DNA of 34,438 bases. It comes from a virus. How positions within the stretch are numbered: the stretch's first letter is position 1; every line of letters begins with the position of its first letter. The position numbers were made by a program, and so were the translations under genes. Below are positions 21,841 to 31,138 of this stretch, piece after piece. The notes below the pieces were generated by a model that was given only the letters and a program-made list of their open reading frames with translations, searched no databases and was not told the DNA's origin. The DNA lies in IMG/VR virus record IMGVR_UViG_3300025759_000031; one strand, 5' to 3'.

Positions 21841-22256
21841 CAGATGGACATCAATGGCTTGTAGACCATAAAGATAAACTTGATTTCTTTATTGCATTTA
21901 TTACTGCGGAACTTCAATCTGGCAGTCACCACCTATACTCAATTAAACCAGCTGGAAGAAGCGAAAAGCAAAACAATGCAATGCACTTGTGGTTTAGGCA
22001 GATTGCTGAAAAGTTAAATGATGGCGGCTACCACGCTACTCATCCATTCAACAATGAAGTTGAAGTACCTTTTACCGAGGTGCTTGTAAAAGAAATGCTG
22101 TACAAGCCCGTCATCAAAGCTATGTACGACAAAAAATCTACATCAGGGCTGTCTGGAAGGGAGCTTAGCGAAGCCGCAGAGGTGCTTGTACGGTGGCTTG
22201 CAGAACATAAAGGATTTCTTGTGCCATTCCCAAGCGAACTAAAGGAGTCAGCATAA
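21837..22256 (+). CDS. ninB: NinB/Orf-like recombination mediator
   Basis: ATG at 21837 follows GGAG. RSEKQNNAMHLWFRQIAEKLND ... STSGLSGRELSEAAEVLVRWLAEHKG parallels lambda NinB (RSLDQNRKLWACLGDV ... STSRMRVGEFAELLELIQAF). Confidence 0.65.
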   Translation: MTDGHQWLVDHKDKLDFFIAFITAELQSGSHHLYSIKPAGRSEKQNNAMHLWFRQIAEKLNDGGYHATHPFNNEVEVPFTEVLVKEMLYKPVIKAMYDKKSTSGLSGRELSEAAEVLVRWLAEHKGFLVPFPSELKESA

Positions 22257-22639
22257 TGGCTATTAAAAGAGAAGCTTGCGATGTGTGGTTTAGCAAGTGT
22301 GTTCGACACAGAGATCAACATCGCTGCCAGTATTGCTTTGGAGAGGGCACGGACTGCGCTCATATTTATGGAAGAGCACGAAAGTCTGTGCGTTGGAGTA
22401 TGGATAACGCAGTTACACTATGCCGATACCACCACAATTGGTTTGGATCCAATCCAGTTGCCTTTACTGATTGGCTAACAAAGTTATATGGATCTGGACA
22501 TATGGATATCTTGCGAGAAAAAAGCAACGCAGTACTTAAAACAAATAAAATTTTGCGTAAGGAAATTAGCAATCACTACCGTGCTGAGTTTAGAAAAGCA
22601 GAGGCTGAGCTTGGCTATGAAATTGTAAGCTGGAATTAG
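22256..22639 (+). CDS. NinG/Rap-like or HNH-type structure-specific endonuclease candidate
   Basis: 127 aa with CQYC...CAHIYGRA...RWSMDNAVTLCRYHHNWF, a Cys/His pattern. It lies immediately after the ninB-like gene with an ATG/TAA overlap. Confidence 0.5.
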   Translation: MAIKREACDVWFSKCVRHRDQHRCQYCFGEGTDCAHIYGRARKSVRWSMDNAVTLCRYHHNWFGSNPVAFTDWLTKLYGSGHMDILREKSNAVLKTNKILRKEISNHYRAEFRKAEAELGYEIVSWN

Positions 22640-25600
22640 TCTTCATCTGGCAAGCGCTTTTGAGTCATCATCCCGCCGACTTCTGCAAGCGGCTCAATTC
22701 CAAAACGCTCTCCGACGTTGCGAGATGTCCTGCCTATGTCCCTAACTAGCGGTAGCTCTGATGCAAGTCGGGCTACCGGATACTCTCTATCTATTACCCC
22801 AACAGTAGTGCCTGCAATGTCGAACGGCCTTGTGACTGTTATTGGCAATAGACCTTGAGCAAACGTAAGCATGATCCCGTTTTCTTTTATTTTGCCGAAT
22901 TGGTAATCATTAAGTCCAAGCGTATTGGCTGTTAGTAATGATGCCCATGCATCCCCATACCCTCGCGCAAGACCGCCGGCACTTGCTTCGCCATCGCCAA
23001 ACAAGAACTGCCTGCCCTCATTAATAACCGCATAACCACCAGCCCCATAAACTGCGTAGCGGCCCAGGAACTCTGCGGCTTTTTCTGGCTTGCCTGCTTT
23101 TATATTGCCGACTACCTCGCGGAGCGCGAGCGCTTGCTGCTTAACCACGAAGCCCCTCAATGCCCACAAAGGTCTGAGGTTTGGATGACGCGCCCATGCT
23201 GATGGCCTGCCTGCCCCGCTAATTAACTGCTGTTGACCAAGCCCAGCAAACATAAGCTCTTCAACAAGATCCTTTCCCTTGCCTGTATATTTTTGCCAAT
23301 CAATTCCATGTCGTTGCAATTGATCAGATAAAATATCTAGCTCTGCTTTGTTAAAATAAAACCCCCAGCTTTCCTTAAGAGTGCCAGCGCGAGCATCGTC
23401 AGCAGCACTTTTTAATACGCCACGCATAACCCCTTGCTTTCCAACTCTATCCATTGCAGCAAAACCAGAGCCTTTCATTAAAAAGTTAGCAGTGTTTCGC
23501 ATTTTTTCTGCGGTTGTAACCATCCAGTTTGTTGAGTCACTTGCTTGATCGTTAATAATATTTACAAACTCACCCATTGTTTGGTTGTCTAAACCCATCT
23601 TTTTAAGATCTGCGTTTGGCACTTTCTTAAATGGGGTGGCAGCTTTTAACCCTTCTCTAACTGCTCCGCCTCCATACTTGGCTCCAAGCAACGGAATGTC
23701 TGCAAGGTTAAGAACAGCCGACAATGGACCAGCTAGAGTTAATGCGTATGCCAGGGAATTTGCTGCTTGAATTAGTGGGTGAGGCGCTTTGGCTTGCCCC
23801 ATGATTGACTCGGTTATTTCTTTGACAGCAAAGGTTGCGCCTTGTTCGCTAATGCCTTTCTTTATTAACGTAAACTTTAATGCGTCCATAAACTCATCAG
23901 GCGTTAATGGATCAGTAGCTGCTTTACGAAGATTTGTAGTAAGCAGCATAGGGTCGGTTGCCATTTCGCCCGTAGATTCAATAACCATTGACGACCTGTC
24001 TAATGCTTTTTGCTTGCGGGGGCCAGCCTTATAGTCATCAATGCGAACCCCAAATTTTCGTTGTAACTCTGCCATTCGCTGCATTTTAAATATACGCCGC
24101 ATGTCAGAAACAATTGGATTTTCATAAGCTAAAGGATCGGGCCTGCTTGGGTCTGACTCATTAAGATATGAGCCGCGAGTTCTTTGCTCAAACGCAGGGT
24201 CTTCAAACATCTTTTCAATTTCTGCGTCTGTCATGCCCTCCTGTTTAAGCTTGTCACGATACCCTCTGTTTCTAGTATGGAGATAAGTAAGATCCCCAAA
24301 GTTAGCGCCAAATACTTTCCCGTTTAGCTCGTCGTTTTTCTTTTTGCTATAGCCAAGATATCGCTTAAGAACTTTCATGTGATCGGCATTAAGCTCTCCA
24401 GATAACTCTTGCTCAATTCGCTTTATTGATTCATTAAAGTTTTTTCCTAAGTCACCTTTTCCATAATCAAGCAAGACTCCCTTTGCTCTGGTGCTTTCAT
24501 TAATTATTTTAATTACAGGAACAAGCTCTTCCGACAGGTTGTCTAGCTCTTTGTTGACGATGCGCAGCGCAGCTTCATCCGATGCCTGATGACGACCCAT
24601 AACTTCTGGGCCAACCTCACGACCAAGGCGGTCCGATGTGCCAGTAAGCTTGTCGTTATAAAAGTTACGCAATGCCCCCTTTAGCCCCGTCCATAACTCA
24701 CCAGCAGTCTGCGCCTCAGACAATGGCTTTATTGCATAAGCAGGGTTATCAACCTCTGTATATATGGCGGCATCTTCTGCTTCATTAATAGCTCGCTCAG
24801 CGGCTTGTTTATCAATATCATAAGCCTCTTCTGCAATATCATCTGCTTGGGTTTTTAAACCCCCATTTGCCTTTGGGGTTATAGCGGCATCAACAACCTT
24901 GCCAAGAGCTAAACCTGCAAGACCGCCAAATGCTGCAAGTCCAGCACGCTCTTCAAAAGTTTCTCCAGTGCCTGCGCCATACAAAGCGCCTTCTGCAAAT
25001 CCTGCTTTAGCAACACTAGCCCCTGCTTTTGTTAAGCCTTTCACAAGCAGCCCGCCTGAAGGGACAGCCCCAAGAACTTCAAGCGGCAAAGCAAGCCCAG
25101 CCATTTCTGGGTTTTTGCGCTTCCACATTTCCCTGGCTACTTCGTATTCTGCCTTGGCTTGACTGTATTCAATGCCCTCTTTTGCCGACCTAGCTTTAGC
25201 AACAAGCTCGCCAAGAAATCCAAATGTTATGCCTTCACCAAACTCAGTAAGCAATCCACGGACATTGTCTTGGCTTTCCTTTGCTCTGCGCTGGGCAATT
25301 TTGGCTGCAAGATCCATTGTTTCATCAGAAAACTGCGGCGTAGTAGGCGCAGCTTGCGCAGATTTTTTTAAAGAGTAAAAATAATCAACTGCGTCTTTGC
25401 CTCCCTCCATCTGCACAATAGACCTTACAACCCCAGAAACTTGATTTTCAGAAATTAAATCGTCGGGGTTTATGCCTAACTCTTTGCTAACAAAATCAAC
25501 ATAACGTGATGTTTCATTTTCACTTGGCGGAGCATACTTATTAAGAAACTCAGAAAGAGTTAACCCTCTAGTTTGCGTATCAAGAACAACTTGTTTTTCT

Positions 25601-25830
25601 AGTGCTTTAAGCCCAGCTTGAGGTGTATCAAAAGATGCAAACCCCCCTTCACCTTTTTGTGCGCCTGATTGCCCAGCCATTCTAAGGTTTCCAGGATTGT
25701 TATTTCGCACAGACAAAGGCGCATCATCAAGCAGCTCTTCTGGTATAACAGAAACAGCACTGTCTTTAACGCCAAAGCGACGCTTAACGATAGAATCTAA
25801 AAGAGCCTGGCTTTCAGCTGGCAATGCCAT
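22636..25830 (-). CDS. Large internal-virion / ejection-type protein with an N-terminal NNPGNLR motif domain
   Basis: About 1064 aa from the ATG at 25830, which follows AAGGAA just after the upstream stop; the tracked 25893 start is a TTG inside the previous gene. RNNNPGNLR...GGFASF...GLKALE is a motif I associate with virion-borne cell-wall-active domains. It is the last gene of the late operon. Confidence 0.6.
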   Translation of the reverse strand: MALPAESQALLDSIVKRRFGVKDSAVSVIPEELLDDAPLSVRNNNPGNLRMAGQSGAQKGEGGFASFDTPQAGLKALEKQVVLDTQTRGLTLSEFLNKYAPPSENETSRYVDFVSKELGINPDDLISENQVSGVVRSIVQMEGGKDAVDYFYSLKKSAQAAPTTPQFSDETMDLAAKIAQRRAKESQDNVRGLLTEFGEGITFGFLGELVAKARSAKEGIEYSQAKAEYEVAREMWKRKNPEMAGLALPLEVLGAVPSGGLLVKGLTKAGASVAKAGFAEGALYGAGTGETFEERAGLAAFGGLAGLALGKVVDAAITPKANGGLKTQADDIAEEAYDIDKQAAERAINEAEDAAIYTEVDNPAYAIKPLSEAQTAGELWTGLKGALRNFYNDKLTGTSDRLGREVGPEVMGRHQASDEAALRIVNKELDNLSEELVPVIKIINESTRAKGVLLDYGKGDLGKNFNESIKRIEQELSGELNADHMKVLKRYLGYSKKKNDELNGKVFGANFGDLTYLHTRNRGYRDKLKQEGMTDAEIEKMFEDPAFEQRTRGSYLNESDPSRPDPLAYENPIVSDMRRIFKMQRMAELQRKFGVRIDDYKAGPRKQKALDRSSMVIESTGEMATDPMLLTTNLRKAATDPLTPDEFMDALKFTLIKKGISEQGATFAVKEITESIMGQAKAPHPLIQAANSLAYALTLAGPLSAVLNLADIPLLGAKYGGGAVREGLKAATPFKKVPNADLKKMGLDNQTMGEFVNIINDQASDSTNWMVTTAEKMRNTANFLMKGSGFAAMDRVGKQGVMRGVLKSAADDARAGTLKESWGFYFNKAELDILSDQLQRHGIDWQKYTGKGKDLVEELMFAGLGQQQLISGAGRPSAWARHPNLRPLWALRGFVVKQQALALREVVGNIKAGKPEKAAEFLGRYAVYGAGGYAVINEGRQFLFGDGEASAGGLARGYGDAWASLLTANTLGLNDYQFGKIKENGIMLTFAQGLLPITVTRPFDIAGTTVGVIDREYPVARLASELPLVRDIGRTSRNVGERFGIEPLAEVGGMMTQKRLPDED

Positions 25831-25840
25831 TGCTTGTTCC

Positions 25841-27382
25841 TTATGGTCGTCTACTAGAAAATAAACCTTCTCGTTCCTTTTCTCTTCGCTCAACCGCTGT
25901 GCTGTAACTTTGTTTTATGGCACTTGAAACGGACTGCATAGCCTCCGATGGCGTCAATGAAGAGCTAGAAATTCTAGGGTTAGTTACAGCTTCCGATGGT
26001 TTTTGTGATGCAGCAGCGCTTGAGGTTGGGCCTGTTGTCTTTGGTTTTCCTTGAGACCCTTGCCGATCAAAGGCAGCTATAGCGCCAGCAAGCGCAAGCT
26101 CAGCTTCTTTTTGCGCAACTGCTCTAGCCTCTTCTATTTCTTCTTTTGACAAACCGCTTAAATCTCGACCACCAAGAATGCTGTTAGTTAAGTCTGCAAC
26201 ATCCCTAGCATCAGCTTGGTTTTTATTAGCAAACGCTTTGGAGCGATTCATTTCGTCTGGAAAGTTTTCATATAGCCAAGCATTAACTTCGTTGGGTATA
26301 TCTTCTTCAGCTAACCCAGCAATGCGACCCATTAAATTTGTTACTTGATCTGGATCTTCAAGCAAGTCTTCAATCCGAGTTGAAATATCTCTATTCCAAA
26401 GAAAGTCAACATAATCACCCTCTCTAGCAATAAGATTCAGCTGAGCCTTGGCTATTGCCTCTGCTCTTGGTTTTTCTGGAACAGAAACTGGGCGCAATGC
26501 TTGCGCTAATTCCAGTTTGGCCTGTTCTACTTTAGCGGCGTTGTAAACTTTTCTTGCTAAAGGACTGGTAAAATCTGTAATTGGTAGCTTGAGCCCTTTT
26601 GCGTCAGCTATTTCTTCGCTGCTTAATGGCCCTACCTCACTTAAAATTTGTTTAATTTCAAGATCAGCCTTTGTTGCTGCCCGCATTTTTTTCTCATTAT
26701 TTTCAACAGCCTGACCAAGACCTTGGGAATTTAACGATGATACCAACTGGCTATATTGATCGCTGCTTGGGTCAAGGCTTGCTAGCGCAGCTTCTGCCGC
26801 TTCCACTTTTTTTGTTCTAATCGCGGCATCTCTCTCAAAAGCTTGTATATCTGAGTTATATTGTATTGTTGCTGCTTCAGTTGCAGCGCCGGTATTTTGT
26901 TTCATAAGAGCAAGCCGATCTTCAAGTGCGCCCTGAACTTTTGCCCTTTCCATGTATTCTTCATTAGTCATAGGAGCAGTTGAGTTATTCATTTCCTCAA
27001 TAGCTTGCTCAGTTTTAAGAATAGACATGGCGGTATTGGTTTGCGCTGTTTTTTGGGTAGCTGCACGCCTGCCCTGTATGTTTTCAAGCCCCGCTGTAAT
27101 TGCTTGACGAGCCTGTTCATTTTTAGTTTGCGGCAGCAAAGCATTAAGCTCATCGCCAAGTCCCGTAAGCATTCTCATGTCGCCTGTTTCTTGAGCAACC
27201 TGTGCTTTACGCAACAACTCAATAGTAGCTTCTTGCGTGGATCTTGCTTCAGCTTCATCCGCTCGCCTTTGAGCGCCAAGCATTCCTGCGCCAATGCTCA
27301 TGCCAGCTGCGCGAGCAAAGTTAGGCTCAGCAAGACTGCCTAATACGGTAGAGCTTAATCTTAAATTTGGACTATAAGCCAT
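25841..27382 (-). CDS. Internal-virion-type helical protein
   Basis: 513 aa, Ala/Glu/Gln-rich and helical-looking. It lies between the S74-domain protein and the 1064-aa protein. Confidence 0.5.
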   Translation of the reverse strand: MAYSPNLRLSSTVLGSLAEPNFARAAGMSIGAGMLGAQRRADEAEARSTQEATIELLRKAQVAQETGDMRMLTGLGDELNALLPQTKNEQARQAITAGLENIQGRRAATQKTAQTNTAMSILKTEQAIEEMNNSTAPMTNEEYMERAKVQGALEDRLALMKQNTGAATEAATIQYNSDIQAFERDAAIRTKKVEAAEAALASLDPSSDQYSQLVSSLNSQGLGQAVENNEKKMRAATKADLEIKQILSEVGPLSSEEIADAKGLKLPITDFTSPLARKVYNAAKVEQAKLELAQALRPVSVPEKPRAEAIAKAQLNLIAREGDYVDFLWNRDISTRIEDLLEDPDQVTNLMGRIAGLAEEDIPNEVNAWLYENFPDEMNRSKAFANKNQADARDVADLTNSILGGRDLSGLSKEEIEEARAVAQKEAELALAGAIAAFDRQGSQGKPKTTGPTSSAAASQKPSEAVTNPRISSSSLTPSEAMQSVSSAIKQSYSTAVERREKEREGLFSSRRP

Positions 27383-27385
27383 TGT

Positions 27386-28702
27386 CTATCTCCAAATGCC
27401 TGTGTAATCAACTTGGTAGTAACCGCTGTCATGCAGGCTTACTCGGTCAGGATGTGTCTTTATAAGCTCCTGGGCCAACACGCCAACTTCAGAGCCAAGC
27501 TCGCCAAGCTTGTTAGCTTTGTCATTCCAATCCCACTTGTAAATATTAAAGCCTTGTTGGTTTGTGCCAACAAACTCAACATTGTCTTTAAGCCGAACAT
27601 CTGATATTTGTTTTATGATGTTATTAACAAAGTCAAACAACCCGCCACTACCGCTACTTGCACCAGCCGCTAATACGCCGGCACCAACATTGCCAATTAA
27701 ATTAGCCTGACCAAGACCTGACGCAAGTGCCGCATCTACCCCTGTCATAGTTGCTTCACCAAACATTCCAGTACCAAACTGTTGAGCTTGCTGAGCCAGC
27801 TTGCTGGTAGCAATGCCCTGCTGAAGTGCATTAAGTGACATAGCTTCTGGTACAAACGCGCCTTTAGTGGCGGCAAGTGCTTGCTGAAGTTGAGCGGCAT
27901 TAAGAGCTTGTTCTCCGCTAAGCATTCCCAGGCCGGCATCGGCAAACTGAAGCCCTCTGGTCTGCCTTCCAGTAATTAGATCTTGTGCGGCCTGCCCAAG
28001 CCCCGCTCCGGTTGATGCAAACTGCGTTCCCAGCTGACCAGCTAACTGTCTTTCCGCCTGGGATTGCTGCATAGCTTGAATCATTGCCGTGTTTTGGGCT
28101 TCGGCTCTTGCCTTGTCTAAAGACAATTGCTCTGGCGTTCCACCATAAAGGTTTGTAGAAACTCCAAGCCTTCCTTGAGATGCCAGCCGCTCTTCCAATT
28201 GAAGCCTTTGCCGTTCTTCTTCTGGTGTCTGAGCCGCCCTTATCCTGCTATAAATGTCTTGCTCTCTTACAGTTGGATCTGCCATTGCCTCATCCATCAA
28301 AGCATAAGACCCTAACAATCCTTGTCTTGCGGCTTTTTCTGTCGGCAGCAACGTAGGAAGATTTCTTGATAACTCTGGCGCAGACCTTCCTAAAAAATCT
28401 AACCCCATAGCCCCAGTTTGAACAGATCCAAAAGCAGGGCCAATGTTAAAAAGCGCCTCTCCAAGCAATGCATCTTGAACCTGTTTAGCAGTCCCAGTTG
28501 CTCCAGCCGTTAAGCTTCCCCCAGCGCCAATAGAAGACCTGCCAGTTCCTGTTGATACAGTAAATGGTTGAAACTTAGACTGAGCTAAAGCCAGGCTTGC
28601 AAGAGTGTTCGCATCTGTTTGAGCCGCAGCACCAACATCTCCAAGCTTGTTATAAGCCGCATTAATCGCGGCTAACCCAGTTATATCACCAAAAAGCGAC
28701 AT
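27386..28702 (-). CDS. Ala/Gly/Gln-rich protein with a C-terminal S74-type intramolecular chaperone domain (tail needle or central-fibre candidate)
   Basis: 438 aa. The last ~72 aa, SDVRLKDNVEFVG...GVLAQELIKTHPDRV, repeat the SD-R-K ... G(V)(I/L)AQ(D/E) signature seen at the tail-fibre C-terminus. Confidence 0.6.
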   Translation of the reverse strand: MSLFGDITGLAAINAAYNKLGDVGAAAQTDANTLASLALAQSKFQPFTVSTGTGRSSIGAGGSLTAGATGTAKQVQDALLGEALFNIGPAFGSVQTGAMGLDFLGRSAPELSRNLPTLLPTEKAARQGLLGSYALMDEAMADPTVREQDIYSRIRAAQTPEEERQRLQLEERLASQGRLGVSTNLYGGTPEQLSLDKARAEAQNTAMIQAMQQSQAERQLAGQLGTQFASTGAGLGQAAQDLITGRQTRGLQFADAGLGMLSGEQALNAAQLQQALAATKGAFVPEAMSLNALQQGIATSKLAQQAQQFGTGMFGEATMTGVDAALASGLGQANLIGNVGAGVLAAGASSGSGGLFDFVNNIIKQISDVRLKDNVEFVGTNQQGFNIYKWDWNDKANKLGELGSEVGVLAQELIKTHPDRVSLHDSGYYQVDYTGIWR

Positions 28703-28956
28703 CAGTACGTCCCTCCATCTATGGTGACTGTATCAGCGCTTCCTAGACTAGCAACCACATTTCCAGTAATTGTTAGGTTTGGAACTGTCACCGTTCCTGT
28801 AAAAGTTGGCGAAGCAAGATCTGACTTGGTTGCTGACGCTACGGCAATAGCATCAAACTCTGCGTCAAACTCACTGCCTCTAATAATTTTATTGGTATCG
28901 CCAGAGGGCAACGTGTCCTTAGCGCCAAAGCTAGTAGTTTTAGTGTAATTGCTCAT
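28702..28956 (-). CDS. Short tail-fibre-like protein
   Basis: 84 aa. SFGAKDTLPSGDTNKIIRGSEFDAEFDAI and LASPTFTGTVTVP are motifs common at tail-fibre N-termini. Its stop shares one nt with the next ATG. Confidence 0.55.
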   Translation of the reverse strand: MSNYTKTTSFGAKDTLPSGDTNKIIRGSEFDAEFDAIAVASATKSDLASPTFTGTVTVPNLTITGNVVASLGSADTVTIDGGTY

Positions 28957-30470
28957 ACTGTTTTACCCATTAACGCTAGTACGTTTATTTCTTGAACAGA
29001 CAAAGCTGCTCCGTTTATTGCCGACTCAAGGCCAATTGTAACTACCCCGCCATTACCCGTCCCCTGCACTGACCTTCTAGTAATTAGTAGGCCGCCAGTG
29101 TATTTGCCAATGCCATACTCACTAACGCCAAAAAATGCAGGATCTTGATCGCCAACATTTATTTCGTAATTAGAAAATGCTGTTTCAAAATCATATGCCC
29201 ATTTAACAAACACAGTTCCGTCGTTAAGACCAACCAAGGTAGGCCGTATTTTTTTTAATAATTTTATACGGCTTGGATCTCCAAATGTTAACCCTGGACT
29301 AAAGTACCGAAACTGATAGCTTGAAGAGTTGTCTTGATAACCATCATACGTCCCAATACCGTCAGCCGTCCCTATGTATAAAGTCCCATCTTTACCGCGC
29401 TCAAAAGATTTATGTCCCGCAGACGTCCACCGAGTAACACGATATGAGTTGTTTTCAAGTCTTACTTTAAGATCAAAACAATAAACAGTTTGTTGGTTTG
29501 GAAAGCAAATTAAATAAAAAGAATTTTCAGGGCTATAAACAGATGCAAATGGTTTTGTTTCTGCACTAATTACTTCTATAAGCTCTGTTTTAATATTAAC
29601 GCTAAGGTCAGATAGCGGCAAAGACTTTTCTTGTATTGTTCTTCCCAAGCTGCGAAGCCCAGAGTTAGACAAAAACAGCACATCAGTTCCAATGCTTTGT
29701 ATAGAGTCGCGGTCAATGCAGCCTACGCCAGATACAGTGTCTGCTAAATTCATTACCGCAGGCGTATCAGCGTTTTGGTAAACTAAAGTGCTATGCTCTC
29801 CAAAAATAACAAGCAAATTATTGTGCGCCGCCAAACCCACAACAACATCATGACCATCAGGCCATGCTTTAGATACATTAATTGAGCCACTAGATCCGCC
29901 AGTAAAGTCCACGCCATCTAAAAGGTCAGACCAATACACAGTTTGAGACTCAGAAGCATTGTCAGTTATCCATAAGCGCCCAAACGAGGCTATTGCTTCA
30001 TTGCACTTTAACGTAGCTGACGTTGTTGTACTGGTAACTGTGCCAAAAGTTCTTAAGCCTGTTGCGTTATCATAAACAAGAGGATCAAAACCCCTTTGAA
30101 AAAAATATGCTTTGTTGTTGAAGTTAACAATTTTCCAGTTGTTAGCATTAATTGTGTATGAGCCTGGAGTAACGTCAACTAACGTTGTCGTTCCGGTCAT
30201 TATCTTATTGTTGCCGGCGCTAAAAATTACCTCATTGCCAGACTCATCATAAAAATGATGGATCTTGTGTATGTAATCAGATCCCAACTCTGTTTTGTTT
30301 GTTGTAATAACGTCTATGCCTTTTCGCGCTGCAATACGCCCGCGCTTGTCAATTACAGCATTGTCTGCAACATCTGCAAATGACGGATCCTGTGCTAATG
30401 GGGAGTCTTCTGTATTAACTCCCTTAAAGCCTGGGGCAATTAAGTCAATGCTTTGTAATGGCTGGGCCAT
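28953..30470 (-). CDS. Tail tube/nozzle protein candidate (tail tubular B-like position)
   Basis: 505 aa, beta-rich. It has the N-terminal motif FKGVNTEDSPLAQDPSFADVADNAVIDKRGRIAARKG and follows the adaptor-like gene. Confidence 0.45.
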   Translation of the reverse strand: MAQPLQSIDLIAPGFKGVNTEDSPLAQDPSFADVADNAVIDKRGRIAARKGIDVITTNKTELGSDYIHKIHHFYDESGNEVIFSAGNNKIMTGTTTLVDVTPGSYTINANNWKIVNFNNKAYFFQRGFDPLVYDNATGLRTFGTVTSTTTSATLKCNEAIASFGRLWITDNASESQTVYWSDLLDGVDFTGGSSGSINVSKAWPDGHDVVVGLAAHNNLLVIFGEHSTLVYQNADTPAVMNLADTVSGVGCIDRDSIQSIGTDVLFLSNSGLRSLGRTIQEKSLPLSDLSVNIKTELIEVISAETKPFASVYSPENSFYLICFPNQQTVYCFDLKVRLENNSYRVTRWTSAGHKSFERGKDGTLYIGTADGIGTYDGYQDNSSSYQFRYFSPGLTFGDPSRIKLLKKIRPTLVGLNDGTVFVKWAYDFETAFSNYEINVGDQDPAFFGVSEYGIGKYTGGLLITRRSVQGTGNGGVVTIGLESAINGAALSVQEINVLALMGKTV

Positions 30471-30478
30471 GACTAATC

Positions 30479-31138
30479 CTATGGTGTATAAAAGATTGTT
30501 TCTTCAGGGTGTTTTTGTGCATCTAGCGCAATAGCATCAGACAAGTATTTATCTGCAATAGAAAAGTATTCTGCTGTTGATGTTCCTCCAGTTTCACCCC
30601 GCTCTCTAGCTAACAAAGCAACCGCCAAATGAATGACAGGCTGGCTAGGAACCGCAAGCGTGTCATCATCGCCGCTCAATGCGGTTTTGCGTATAACAAT
30701 TCTAGACTTTAAGGAGTACACGCCATCTGGCTTGGGGTAAATATCAATTTGCGTGTCACCATTTGCATCAACCCCGTTGTATGTGTAGTACTCGGGCGCG
30801 CCTGACGCTGGGGTTTGGACTAAAAACTTATCATCAAACCAGTTCTGGGTTTGATATTCCATTCTTAAATTAGAGGTGTCGTTGATTATATTTAACACTT
30901 TTCCTTTGTCACCGCTCCCTGTTAACGAATAAGTAAAGTCCCCAGATGACGTTGTAATTGTTAATGGCGAGCCTGACGTAGTTCTTAGCGCAGACCAATC
31001 CCATGCCGATTCAACAATTTCTTTTGCATCATTTACAAAATCACCCACCATCGTGCTGTAAGTATCGTTTGTAACAGTTGGAACTGTATCTTCGCGCAGC
31101 CGTCTTAATACATTGTTAACTAAATTTAAATATGTCAT
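30479..31138 (-). CDS. Head-tail adaptor / tail tubular A-like protein candidate
   Basis: 219 aa. The N-terminus MTYLNLVNNVLRRLRED is typical of podoviral adaptor-type proteins, and it lies directly upstream of the nozzle candidate. Confidence 0.45.
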   Translation of the reverse strand: MTYLNLVNNVLRRLREDTVPTVTNDTYSTMVGDFVNDAKEIVESAWDWSALRTTSGSPLTITTSSGDFTYSLTGSGDKGKVLNIINDTSNLRMEYQTQNWFDDKFLVQTPASGAPEYYTYNGVDANGDTQIDIYPKPDGVYSLKSRIVIRKTALSGDDDTLAVPSQPVIHLAVALLARERGETGGTSTAEYFSIADKYLSDAIALDAQKHPEETIFYTP

